Positions 1 to 13,000 of a DNA stretch of 64,000 nt are shown in pieces; position 1 is the stretch's first letter; every line of letters starts with the position of its first letter. The stretch is from Hypanus sabinus. Lineage: Eukaryota. The translations under genes and the position numbers were made by a program. The stretch is from positions 1,860,001 through 1,924,000 of the forward strand of contig NC_082722.1 of the NCBI RefSeq assembly GCF_030144855.1, given 5' to 3'. Under the pieces are notes generated by a model. The model saw nothing but the letters and a program-made list of their open reading frames with translations. It was not told where the DNA came from and made no database searches.

Positions 1-490
1 GCATCTCTCGGACATTTGCCCTCACCCCACTTTCCCGCTGTCTTAACAGGACAGAGTTCCTCTTCTTGCACCTACTACCCCAGTAGCCTCTGTATCAAGC
101 ACATTACTCTCTGCAACAGCCTCCATCTTAAACTGGATCTTACCAGAAGACACTTCCTTACCTCACCCACACCCGCTGATCTCCGATTTTCCCAAGGATC
201 GCTCCATTCATTTTTCCCTTGCCCATCTGCCCCGCCCAGCAATCTCCCTCTTAGCATTTTTTCCAGGAAAAAACAAATTGATTCACCAGCTGTACACTTC
301 CTCCCCCACCCAGCTAGCTTCATTTATCACCTCCCAGCGACTCTCTCTGCTTGCTTCTTGACCCACCTTTCCAGACTTGATGTAAGGTCTAGACCTGAAT
401 CATCCACTATTTTTTGCCTATACCTGACCTACTGCGTTCCTCCATATTTTTTTTTGTGTGATAGTCTGCATCTCCAGCATCTGCACAGCC
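1..490 (+). mobile_element. Penelope-like element 3' fragment, degenerate
   Basis: Resembles the RT/GIY-YIG linker (DRVPLVLTYHPTSL-type) and pLTR end of the better copies at 37165-38335 and 62383-63245. Confidence 0.6.
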
Positions 491-829
491 CATTGTGCTT
501 ATAACAGACTGATCGGTTTTGGAAGAGAATTGAAATGCCAGAAAACAGGAAAATGAAGAAGTCTGGTGGCGGCAAATTGCAAATACAACAATTGGATTGT
601 TCAGCTGATTGGTCAACAATCGGCTTACCCCAACTTCATTTTTTTTGCCGATTCAGAGAGGCCATATCAAGAACAACAAATGTAGAGGCGGCATTGGACA
701 GGAATCTCTGCTTCAACAGGAAAAGTTTTTATTTGAGGTGCTTAATTGAATTGCATTGCAACCGTTGTGATTGCAGAGGAACATTTTCTCTTACATTCAA
801 TCGGATATGTTTCAGTTTGAAATAAGAGA

Positions 830-1885
830 CAATCTTCAGCTGCTGGAAACCAAAACGTGGAATACTTAACAAACCAGGCAGCGTTTGTAGAAAAGAGTAA
901 ACAGTCGATGTTTCGGCTGAAATCCCTCACCGGGGCTGGAAATAGAGATGAGATGTCAGTGTAAGAAGTTGTGAGGAGGAATGGAAGAAGTAGAAAGTAG
1001 GAGGATATAGGGCAAACTGGAAAAGGGGATCAATGAAGTAAAGAACTGGGAAGTGGATTGACGAAAGAAGTGAAGGGCTGGAGACGGAGAATCTGATGGG
1101 AGAGGACAGAGGCCGTGGATGAAGGGGAAGGGGGAGGAGCATCAGAGTGAGGAGATGGGCAGCTAAGGAAGCAAAGGGAGAGTGGCAAACGCGAATGGAG
1201 AATGGCAATGGAGAGCTGCGCAATTACTGGGATCGAAAAATCGATGACATGCCATCGAATTGGAGGTAACCCAGAGGGAATATAACGTGTTAATCTTGCA
1301 ACCTGACTGTGGTTTCATCGCTGCTATAGAGGAGGCCATAGACCGACATGTCGGAACGGAAAGGGAAGTAGAACTGAACTGAGTGGCCAGCGGGAGATTC
1401 CGCTTTATTATAGCGGACGGAGCGCAGGTGCTTGACGAAGCAGGCCCCTCATATGGGTCTGGTCTCATTAATTATATTACCCCAGAAACACCGGATATAA
1501 TAGCATACCAACCCATCAGCCTCCATATTCAACACAAAATGTACAGCAACCTCCACCATCTACAACGTTCGCACTGCAATCACATCTGTCCTTCTCCTCC
1601 ACACTACTTTCTGCTTTCTGCAGCGATCACTCCCTATACGACTTCCTTGTCCATTTGTCCCCCCTTAGTGATCTCTCTCCTGGCACTTATCCTTGCTAGC
1701 AGAGCAAGCAGCGCTTTCCCTTGCAAGCCACATGTGCCCTATACCGCCACCCTCACTACTATTCAGCGTTCAATCAGTCCTTCCTGGAGAAGCGACACTT
1801 CACGTGTGAGTTTCTTGGTGTCATCTACTGGTTCGGGTGCTCCTGCTGTAACACGTCCGCTCTGTTGTGTCTTTCAACGCAAAAC
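830..1885. mobile_element. Two Penelope-like fragments in opposite orientation (about 830-1478 minus, 1480-1885 plus)
   Basis: Minus part matches the pLTR and GIY-YIG C-terminus. Plus part matches the linker and GIY-YIG start (FTCEFLGVIYWFGCSCC) seen in other copies here. Confidence 0.6.
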
Positions 1886-3345
1886 CATAAGAACATAAGA
1901 TATAGGTGTAAGGTAGGCCATTCGGCCCAATCAGACTGCTCTGCCATTCAATCATGGTCTGATCCAATTCCTCCAGTCATTCCTACTCCCCTGCCTTCTA
2001 CCCACACCCTTTGATGCCCTGGCTAATCGAGAATCTATCTATCTCTACCTTAACTGCACCCAATGACATGGCCTCCACAGTCGTTTGTGGGAACAATTTC
2101 CACAGATATATCACCTTCTGACTAAAGTAATTTCCCCACATTTCTGTTCTAAATGGACGTCCTTCAATCAGGAAGTCGTGCCCTCTTGTCCTAGAATCTT
2201 CTACTATGGGAAATAATTTTCCCATATCTAATTTGTTCAGGCCATTTAACCTTTGGGATGTTTCTATGAGATCCACCCTCAGTTTCCTGAACTCCAGTGA
2301 ATACAGCCCAAGAGCTGCCAGACATTCCTCATATAGTAACTCTTTCATTCCTAGAATCAACTTCGTGAATCTTCTCTGAACTCTCTCTAATGACGGTATA
2401 TCTGTTCTAAGATAAGGAGCCCAAAACTGCACACAAAATTGTGGTCTCACGAGTGCCTTATAGAGCCTCAACATCAATTCCCTGCTTTTTTATTCTATAC
2501 CTCTAGAAATCAATGCCAATATTTCATTTGCCTTCTTCACAACCATCTCAAACTTGAAGTTAACCTTTAGGATATCTTGCACAAGAACTCCGAAGTCCCT
2601 TTACATCCCTGCACTTTGAATTCTCTCTCCATCTATATAATAGTCTGCCCCTTTTATTTCTTCCTCCAAATTGCTGACCATACACTTTCTATCATCGTTT
2701 TTAATTTGCCATTTCTTTGCCCATTCCCTTAAATTATTTAATTCATTCTGCAGGCTCTCTGCTTCCTCAACACTACCCGCTTCTCCAACATTCGATAGGT
2801 TTCACTGAGGGCACCCCTTATCCTTCTAAATTCCAATGAATAGAGGCCCAGGGACAACAAACACTCCTCACATGACAGGCCTATCAATCCATTCTGATGA
2901 CCCTCCTTTGGAACCTTTCCAATGTCAAAACATCATTTCTTAGAGAAGGGGCCCAAATATGCTCACAGTGTTTCAAGTGAAGCCACACTAGAGTTTTATA
3001 AAGTTTTAACATTACTTCCTTGTTTTTATAATCTAGTCCTCACAGAATAATGTAAATATTGTATCTGCTTTGCTCACCACAAACTCAACCTGTAAGTTAA
3101 TATTTAAGGATCATGGACGAGGACTCCAAAGTCCCTTTGCACCTCAGTCTTGAACTTTCTCTCTGTCTTGAAAATAGTCTACTGTTTTATTTCTTCAGCG
3201 GAAGCCCACGATCATGCACGTAACGACATTCTATTCCATCTGCCACTTCTCTGCTCATTCTCCTGATCTTCTGTAGCATCCCTACTTTCTCGAAACTACC
3301 TGTTTCTTCACCTGTCTTTTTTTTTACCGTCTGCAAACTTAGCGA
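1886..3345 (-). mobile_element. CR1 LINE 3' fragments
   Basis: ORF 1998..2477 (MLRLYKALVRPQ-FCVQFWAPY...ERVQRRFTKLI) is a CR1 RT C-terminus. AAGAACATAAGA tail at about 1890. A second degenerate copy follows. Confidence 0.85.
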
Positions 3346-3371
3346 CAAATCCATGAACTCCGTCCTTCAAG

Positions 3372-4330
3372 TGTAACCCTTAGGTTCTGCCGACTGCGTA
3401 AGTCTAGGGTAAACAATCTCTAGACCCAGCAAACGTATGAGATTGAGGTGCAAAACCACCTGTTTGTGTAGCTCCTGCGTGATGTGTTACCCTGTTAGAA
3501 ATCAGCGCCACGAAATAATAGACAGTACACCATATGAGATTAAACCACTTTGCTTTATAATTTTTATATTTACTAAAGGGTTAGCAAAGTAAAACAACAG
3601 GTCCCATTTTAATGAATGTCTCATGTGCACAAGTTGGAGCTCACAGTTTTCCTTCCGTTGGTTGTCCATCAATTTCCCTGGGCTCCGTTGACTGCCAGGA
3701 CCACTCCATCTCCACTCCTTTCTGGTGTCTACAACATCTCCTTTCTCGCATCTTCTCTCTCCATCTTCCACCGAACAAAAGACCCAGATCACCTCTGTGT
3801 CAGACACACAGGCAGAACGAAATTCCCAAAATTGGATGTCTCACATTCCAAAGCCTGCGTTATCTCTAACCATAACCCCAACACTGCTACAGAAAGACTA
3901 TTTCATTGGCAGTGCTGCTAAAGACCATTACACTAGTAGTGAAACCTTTCTTTGGGTGTTACACTATCCCCACCACCAAATTTAGTCATGTCCTCATGAT
4001 ATTGAGATAATTTGCAAACCCTTCATGCAAAGTGCAAAGTCCAACTCAGGTGTAAAAGGCAGTGACATAGCTCCCCATAGAGGTAGGGTTCATACTCTGT
4101 TCCCCCAGTGCTACATAGGCCAGCCTATCCGGTGGTACATCTAATCCCTTGAGACCTCTGTACCCCCCATCTACCTCTTCAGGTTTTGACACTACTTGGG
4201 AGACTTCTGGTCTATCTGGTGAGGACTCCCACGGTCTATCACTCGTGCCCTCCTGCAGCTCTGTCCCTTGGTGGAACCCCCCTTCAACCCTAGCATGGTC
4301 CCCTTGAATCCCAGGTTGTCTACAGATAGA
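3372..4330 (-). mobile_element. Gypsy 3' LTR (3372-3963) plus adjoining PPT and internal remnant
   Basis: Reverse complement starts TGTAACAC after a purine tract and ends GGTTACA. Both the LTR and the pre-LTR sequence align by eye to the provirus at 10071-15457. Confidence 0.7.
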
Positions 4331-4749
4331 CCACCCCCTCCGCCCCCGATTTCACCAAACATGCCTGCTTATATGCTAGGTAACACTTCCGTTGTCTTGA
4401 ACTATGAATTGACATAACAAATATAGGCAGTTTCCAAAGTATGATCACGTGATAAGGAAATGTCATGCTAATTTTCATGATCAGCAGCCTAAAGTCCGTA
4501 AGGTGCATACTAAAGTATTCTGGAAGCAAAGTGTTGTTGCCAAGTGTTACAAGAGCCTCTGCTGAACAATGGACAACAGTTGAATTAGAATCAGGTTTAT
4601 CATTCTCGGCATGTGACGTGAAACAGCAGCAGTTCAATGCAATACATAATCTAGAAGAGAAAAATAAGAAACATATTTTTACAAATGATAAATAAACATG
4701 TAAATCAATTGCAGTATACGCATATTGAATATATTGAAAACGTGTTTAA

Positions 4750-5995
4750 TGGTTTCTTTGTAATGTTTCACTGATAATGCTGACATAATGGCTTCTCTGT
4801 AATGTTGACTGCAACGTAACAGCTTTGCTGTAGCAGAGCAGTTTGGGTTATGGCTGGAGATCATTATGCATGTTAACCAATCAGGATTCTGTTGCCCTGT
4901 CTGGTGATTTTGGAAGCTGTTGGTTTTGCGGGCTTTTGCCAGAGGGAGAGAGAGGGGTGAAGAGAGAAGACGCGAATGGAGAGATTCAGTAGGCAGTCAA
5001 TGGAGTGGACTCCCAGCGGCGGTCCGAAGGACGGCGACGCCCGGAGGAGATCGAATGGTGGAAGGAAGACGACTGAGTGAGCTCCAACGATTCCGCACAG
5101 ACTGTTTAATAAGATTCGCGCCCTTTTTCTTTCATATTTTGTTTCTGTATTAACCACTTAGTCAAAGTAAGAGTTATAAAGCTTAATCATTTAATGAATG
5201 ACTGCAATGAATGAAATTAATTTATTTTGTTCAGTACAAACTTAACAAAAAGCATTATTTACAGCGATGATTTCATAGGACAAAATTACAATAAAGACAT
5301 AGATATTCTTTAAAACTGACTGAAAGGGTGTAGGCTGAAGCTAGAGCTTATTAGGCCTACCCCTCTTACTTATACAACATATTTGACGTCAATCATCATA
5401 TCCAAAACAAAACAAATCATAATCTTTTGACACAAAGTCCACTTCCAAATATCATTTATTTACAATACTCCCATTCATGTTAAAGAATGTAGTTTATATT
5501 TGTTCATTAAATAATTTTAAAAATTATTAAGTGTAGTGCATGTTTCTAAATTCTTACTACAGCTATTCCATAGATTCACCCCTCTGACTGAAATACAATG
5601 AATTTTTACATTTGTTCTTATCCTTTGTTTTTGAAATATACACGTTCCTCTCAAATCATGCTGACTTTCTCACATTTTAAACAACCTTTTTATACTTTGT
5701 GGTAGCTGTCCATTTTTTACTTTATACATAATTTGTATGTTTTTAAAATCTACGAAACCTCTGAATTTTAAAGTGGTTAGTTGAATAAATAGAGGATTGG
5801 TTAGCTCATAATTACTTGTCTTCTTTACAGTTCGGAGAACAATCGCATATTGTGTACGGTTTGTTATTTCAGGGTACTGGTTTGTGACAGTTGACACATC
5901 GCGCAGCATCCACTCAAACGGGATTTCATAGGTTTGGCCGAGCAGGGTGATTATCACCCTTGAGATCAAACCGCTAGGCAAAGCGAGTGCTACTC
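4750..5995 (+). mobile_element. Diverged LTR of the same Gypsy family, split by an L2/Crack-like fragment
   Basis: 4750-5190 matches the first two-thirds of LTR 10071-10630 (up to TTATAAAGCT..TCATTTAAT). 5840-5995 matches the remainder. Confidence 0.55.
5193..5838 (-). mobile_element. L2/Crack-like LINE 3' fragment
   Basis: Translation TNPLFIQLTTLKF...IMYKVKNGQLPQSIKRLFKM resembles L2/Crack-clade ORF2 C-termini. AATAAA and ATTC-rich tail at about 5195-5225. Confidence 0.5.
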
Positions 5996-6039
5996 ATGCA
6001 AAAATAGAAATACTGTATATTAAAAAAAGTGTGGTAGTG

Positions 6040-7420
6040 TCCTAGGTTTCAATGTCATTTAGGATTCAGATGGCAGAGGGGAAAAAGCTGTTCCTGAATG
6101 GCAGAGTGTTTGTCTTTTGGCTTCTGTACCTCCTTCCCGATGGTAACAGTGGGAAAAGGCCAATGCCTGGGTGCTGGACGTTCTTAATAACGGACACTGT
6201 CACTCTGCGACGCTGGTCCCTAAAGATGTCCTGATTACTTTGTAGGCTAGTACCCAAGATGGAGGCGGAAAGATTTACAAACCTCTGCAATTTCTTTCGG
6301 TCCTGTGCAGTTGCGCCCCCTCCCCCCAGTACCAGACAGTGATATGGCTTGACAGAATGCTCTCCACGGTACACTACAGAAGCTTTTGAGTGTATTTGTT
6401 GACTTGTCAAATCTCTTCAAACTCCTTATGAAGTATAGCCGCTGTCTTGTCTTCTTTATAGCTACATCAAATTGTTGTGACCAGGTTAGCTCCTCAGAGA
6501 TCTTGACTTCCAGGAGCTTGAACCTGCTCAAACTCTCCACTTCTGATCCCTCAATGAGGATTGGTATGTGTTCCTTCGTCTTACCCTTCCTGAAGTCCAC
6601 AAGCATATCTTTCATCTTATTGACGTTGAGTGCCAGGTTGTTGCTGCAACACCACTCTACTAGTTGGCATATCTCACTCCTGTACGCCCTCTCTTCACCA
6701 TCCGAGATTCTGCCAACAATGGGTGTACCATCAGCAAATTTGTAAATTGTGGTGAGCTATTCCTATTCACACAGTCATGTGTATATAGAGAGTAGAGCAG
6801 TGGGCTAAGCGCACACTCCTGAGGTGTGTCAGTATTGATCGCCTGCGAGGAGGATATGTTATCACCAATCCACACAGCTTGTGGTCCTTCGTTTGGGAAG
6901 TCGATGATTCAATTGCAGGGGTACAGAGGTCCAGGTTCTGCAGCTTCTCAATCAGGATAGTAGGAATGTTGGTATTAAATGCTGAGCTATAGTCGATTAA
7001 CAGCATTCTGACATAGGTATTTGTGTTGTACAGGTGGTCTAAAGCCGTTAGGAAAACCATTGAGATTGCATCTGCCGTTAACCTGTTACAGTGATAGGAA
7101 AATTTTAATGGGTCCAGGTCCTTACTGAGGCAGGAGCTAAGTCTAGTTATGACCAACCTCTCATATCATTTTATCACTCTAGATGTGAGTGCTACTGGGC
7201 GGTAATCATAAAGGCAACTATTTTTTTTTTGTAATTATTGCCTTTTTGAAGCAAGTGGGAATTTCCGCCCATAGCAGTGATGGGTTGAAAATGTCCTTGA
7301 ATATTCCCGCTAGTTGGTTAGCACAGGTTTACAGAGCCTTACCAGGTATTCCATCGTGACCTTCCACTTTGAAGGAGCTATGGCTCAGATTGCAATAATT
7401 ACCTCTGCTAAAGCCCATGC
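6040..7420 (-). mobile_element. Rex1/Babar-like LINE, frameshifted RT
   Basis: Overlapping ORFs carry DLDPLKFSY, YVRMLLIDYSSAFNT, ALSPLLYSLYTHDC, LVDFRK and QRLYFIRSLKRF. Confidence 0.8.
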
Positions 7421-7464
7421 AATTCCTGCAATAGTTCCGTACATGGTCACCCTAGAACACAGTA

Positions 7465-10070
7465 CATAGAAAAGTACAACAAATTAAATGTCATTCGGTC
7501 ATAATGTTGTGCCGAACCAGCAAAAACCCAAGTTAAGAAAACCCAAAAACTAATCCCTCCTATCTACACAATCATATATCTCCCCTTCTTCATCATAATC
7601 ATGTGCCTGTCAAGACGACTCTTAAAAACTTCTAATGTATTTCCCTCTAACGCCGTGTCAGACACTGCATTATAGGCATCCTCCATTCTCTGAAAAAAAA
7701 ACCCTTTGATACTAATAAAAACGCAAAATGCTGGCAGAAATCAGCAGGCCAGCAGGATGTGATTCCTGATGCAGAGTTTTGGCCCGAAACGTTGTCACTA
7801 CCTCCTCCCATAAATGCTGTCTGGCCTGCTGACTTCTGCCAGCATTTTGCGTTTTTATTTATTTCCAGCATCTGCAGATTCAGTTGTGTTGCCTTTGATA
7901 CTATTCTCACTTACCTTCGATGCGTGCCATCTGACTAATCTATCGCTGCCTTAAATGTACCGAAAACCTTGGTCTCCACAGCCGATCGTGGCAACAAATT
8001 CTACAGATTTCCTACCCTCTGACTAGAGTAATTTCTCCACATCTCTGATCCAAATGGATGTCCTTCAATCCTGAAGTCATGCCATAGCAAATAATTTTGC
8101 CATATCTAATCTGTTGAGGCCATTGAATATTCGGAATGTTTCTGGGAGATTGCCCTCATTCTCCTGGACTGCAGGGAATTCAGACCAAGAGCTGCCGGAC
8201 GTTCCTCATGTGGTATCTCTTTCGCTCCTGGAATCATTCTCGTAAATCTTCACTGAACTGTCTCCAATGCCAGTATATCCTTCCTAAAATAAGGAGTCCA
8301 AAACTGCACACAGTACTTCAAGTGTGGTCGAACGAGTGACTTATTGAGCCTGAACATCACTCCCCTGCACTTATATTCTATACCTCTAGAAATCAATGCC
8401 AACATTGCATTTGTCTTCTTCACCACCGACTCAACCTGAAGGTTAACTTTGAGCGTATCCTGCACAAGGACTCCCAAATCCCTTTGCTTTTCTGCATTTT
8501 GAATTAGGTCCCCATCCATTGTATTTCATTTGCCACTTTTTTGCCCTTTTCCCTAAACTATATAATTCCATCTGCAAGCGCCCTGTTTCCTCAACACTAC
8601 CTGCTTCTCCACCTATCATTGTATCGTCGGAAAATTTAGCTACAAAATCATTAATACCATAGTCCACATCATTGTCATACATCACTAAAAAGCACTGACC
8701 GCTGTGGAACTCCACTGGTAACCGGCAGCCAGCCAGAATAGGACCCCTGTATTCCCACTCTCTGTGTTCTGCTGACCAGCCAATGCTCCCCCCACGTTAG
8801 TAACTTCCCTGTAATTCCATGGGCTCTTATCTTTCAAAACAGCCTCATGTGCGCCACCTTGTCAAACGCCTTCTGAAAATCCAGTACAGCACATCTAATG
8901 CATCTCCTTTGTCTGCCCTGCTTATAATTTCCTCAAAACACTGCAGTTGGTTAGTCAGGTAGGAATTTCCTTTCTGGGAAACCATGCTGGCTTTGGCCTA
9001 TTTTGTCATGTGCCTCCAGGTACTCCATAATCTCATCCTTAACAATCAATTACAACAACTTCCCAACCTCTGCAGTCAGGCTAACAGTTCTACAGTTTCC
9101 TTTCTGCTGCCTCACACCTTTCTTAAATAGCAGAGTAACTTTTGGAATTTTTCCAGTCATCCGGTATTATGTCAGAATCTATCGATTCTTGAAAGCTCAT
9201 TATTAATGAATCTGCCATCTCTACAGCTACTTCCTTCAGAACCCAAGGGTGCATTCCATCAGGTCCAGGAGACTTCTCCATGCTCAGACCCTTAAGCTTC
9301 CTGAGCACCTTCTCAGTCGTAATTTTCACTGCACATACTTCACTTCCCTGACACTCTTAAACGTCCAGTATATGGCAGACATCTTCCACTGTGAAGACTG
9401 ATACTATTGCGCATTCAGTTCCTCTGCCGTATCTGTGTCTTACATTAAAATAGCTCCAGCGTCAAAAATACTTCGACTAATAAAAACAAGTATCATATAA
9501 GCCTTCTCAACCACACTATCAACCTGCAACACCTCACCTTTATCAGGGTAAAAGTAGAAACCTGTGGATTTGTTCGCCCAATTTGGCTCAGGATGTCCAA
9601 GATCTTCTCCTTGTTAATCAATTCATGAGCTCATCGTTGTCAATACGAATGCAGCGACGCCAATGCCTTGTAAGATCTTTTTCTTCTCTCTCGATTCCAT
9701 GTAAACATGACCATGGTGATTATCATGACGGCCAGCTTTGTCCACTGCTCTTATTGTATCTGTAAAAATGTTGGTATTCCCCTTGACAATGTCGGATAGC
9801 GCAAACTTATGGCCTCCTTATTTGGCTTTTTATTGCCTCTTTCATTTCATACACTTGTCAAGTACCCCATTTGTTCATTGCTGTCTCTATATGCTATGTA
9901 ATCCTTGCTTATTTTAAACAAGGCTTCAGATATCTCTCGAAAACAAAGGGTCCGTAAACCTTGTTTGCTTTGCCTTTTATTCAGACAGGTACTCCCTAAA
10001 TTTCCAAAGGCCTCTCATTCATTTGCCAGAAAAGAACCTGAGCCAATCCTGTCAAATTGCCCACTCTCTA
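7465..10070 (-). mobile_element. Decayed CR1 LINE fragments
   Basis: ORFs with LVRPHLKYCVQFW, VAKFSDDT and KSPGPDGMHPWVLKE. Confidence 0.75.
7715..7891 (+). mobile_element. 177-bp mini-Penelope insert with 12-bp TSD and about 42-bp inverted arms
   Basis: CCTTTGATACTA at 7703-7714 and 7892-7903. Arm 7714-7755 is the near-perfect reverse complement of 7817-7859. Degenerate hammerhead core between the arms. Confidence 0.75.
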
Positions 10071-13000
10071 TGTAACGCCCTGGGAAATGTTTCACTATTA
10101 ATGTAATGGTTTCTCTGTGGCCGCAGTGTTTGGGTTATAAATAGAGATAACGGGGGTTTTGGAATGTTCGGCATCCAATGACTGGAGAATTTTTCTTCCT
10201 CGTGTGCCCGAGAGTGAAGTAGTTGCGGGCTTTTGTTCGGCAGAAGATAGAGAGAGTAGATCCCAGAACGGAGAGGTGGTAGAGTGCAGGATGGAGAGGA
10301 CTTGGAATGAGGTCGGGAGCCGACGACGCCCGAAGGAAATCGATGGAGAACGTACGGACGGGAAAATCGTGAGCTCCAACGTGCGCATTCTACTGTTTCC
10401 TTAAAGTGGGCCTTTTTTCTTTTTGTTTACTTTACTAACCCTTTTGGTCAAATTACAAATTATAAAGCTCAGTCATTTAATTGAATATGGTGCACTGTTC
10501 GTTATTTCGTAGTACTGAAACAGGGAAAAACTAACACGCAGGATCCACACAAAATGAGTTTCACCTCTTTTGCGGAAGCGGCGACTGTATTCTCCTAGAG
10601 TAGCGCAGCCCGCCGAAACTGAGGGTTACAATTGTGGAGGTATCGTTCCGGGGTTGCTTTCGTTGGATGCTGTGTGATTGCCCTGAGCATTGAACAGTGT
10701 GTTAGGTCTGTGCTAGTATGGATGCTGCCGGATGGAGCGGTGGTGTTCATCCACAGGGGGTTACCGGTAATTAATGCGTGCGTGTTGAGTGGGGTAGATA
10801 TTCGTACTCCGAATAAATTGTTAATTCACCTGTTAAGTACTGTTAAAGTTGTCAGCAAAGTTATGATTGAAGAGCGGTGGTTTGATAAAATGGCGGCACA
10901 GACCTCGTTTTACTGCAAACTAGCTCTGACGTAACGGCAGCGGAGCGGGCCGAATCACAAGTCAATCTTCCTGTAGCTAGGATCGGAGATTTCAAAGACA
11001 GGGTTCTATCATTTCTGAGGAGTGAGGGAAGGGGCAGCCGGTATTGTGTGTTATAACTGTGGTGAGGAGAGACACTTCCGGCGGGAGTGTGAACGACAGG
11101 AAACCCTGCGGAGAGTGAGTCCCCGGGTACCCAAGCAGACCGAGTCGTTGGCAATCCTGAAGAGAGACCCAGGAAGGGACAACGAGGCGAAACGGGGGGT
11201 GGGAGGGGCACAATCCCAGCAATATCTCTAGGAACACCGAAATCAAAGAAACTTATTCCTGAAGGCTTAGGGGGGCCAACATCCAGGGTATCACTACAAA
11301 TAGAAGGTATTTATACTAGAGCCATACTTGACACAGAGTCGCAAGTCACCTTGTTGTACCGTTCATTTTACAGACATTGACGCCATTCAGTGCACTTGAT
11401 CTGGGGTCTTAGTGCGGCTGGTTATCTGTAGGATGGTTATTTGTCAGTGAAGCTGGAGCTTTCGGAAGCTGATGTGGGGGTGGCTAAGAGCCTTGATACA
11501 TTAGCGCTAGGCTGCCGGGTCCCCGTTGAGATGGGCGGTGATTCAATTCTTGTAGCGACCAAACACTCTTACTGTGATGAGGCTCATGGGAGCCTGTAAC
11601 GAGAACGTTGGACAGAGCTTCCTGAGAACATTGTCCGTTCACCCGGTGTTTCGAGCTGCTTTTGAGGAAGTTCGTCGTTGCATTGGGCCGGACAGCGAAT
11701 ATAGACAACGGACTGTGTGGTTCACCCAGTCAAAGCCAATCAGGCTACTGCCCGGGGAAGTAGCAAGAGTAGTGGAAAACCCCAAACCCCAAATTTTCCG
11801 GAAGGCCCTCTTGGTGATTGCACTGTAAGACCACGAGGAGGATTCGGGAGTGTCTGCTGGGGTTCTGGGTGATGCCCGAACTGCAGAAGCCTTCGGTTGT
11901 ACAGGCGAACAAGATGGGAGTGATTGTCAGAAACACTACGAAGAGGGAGGTCACCTTTAAGCGGGGGCTGCTCCTGGCGCATCTTTTCCCGGTGACGGTA
12001 ATGTCTAGTGTATCTGTGAGATGAGCCGGAGACAATCTATGGGCAAAGAGCGGAATGTTGACAGCTGTGTTATTCAACTTTGGGGACTCACAGGTACCTG
12101 CGGGTTAAAAGAGCAGGTTAATAGAGAAGAAGTTGAAGCTGGAAGATGTCTTTTCCACTGACGAGTTTGATGTGGGTTGTTCCAAGAGCTCTGTTCACAC
12201 TATTCGGGTGACCGAGGGCATCTCGTTCAGAAAGAAGTCGCTGCGAGAGACCTCTGCAGAGGTGGAAGATGTTAGCCAGCATCTGTGCAAGACGAAGAAA
12301 GCTGGGATCATCATCAAGTCCAGAAGCCCCTATGCGTCCTCAGTAGTGGTGGGTAGAAAGAAGAATGGGAAGGTACGGATATGTGTGGACTATAGGACTC
12401 TGAACAGGCGCACAGTCCCTGACCAGTATACGGTCCCTTGGATCGAAGACGCATTGGCTTGACTGTGTGTGCAAAGTCGTTTAGTGTGCTGGACTTGAGG
12501 AGTGGATATTTCCTGATCCCCGTGAGTGAGGCTGACAAAGAGAAGACGGCATTTATATGTCCACCGGGATTCTTCCCGTTCGAAGGGCTGCCCAGGCCAT
12601 ATCGGGTGCCTCTGCAACCTTCCAGCGAGTCATTGGGGACATGAACTTTCTTGAAGCATTGGTGTATCTCGATGACTTCATAGTGTTAGGATACGCCTTG
12701 GAAGAGCAAGAAGCGGTGCTCAGCCGATGGACAGAGCGGTCCGAGCTGCAGGTGGGCACGAGTGATAGGCGCGGAAGGCCTTGCCAGGTAGACCAGAAGT
12801 ATCCCCAGTAGTGTCAAAACATGAAGAGGTGGATGTGGGACTATCGAGGTCTCACATATCAGGAGGCCACTGGATAGGCTGGCCTACGAAGCAGCGGGGA
12901 AACAGTCTTCGGCCCCTATTGCATTGGGAAGCTAACTCAGTGCCTTTTACAGCTGGGTTGGACATTGGGTTTTGTCTGAAGGGTTGGCAAATTATCTCAA

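Noticed and set aside
535-825. 96-aa ORF and nearby CCAAT/octamer-like motifs
   Set aside because: No recognisable domain, splice structure or associated gene.
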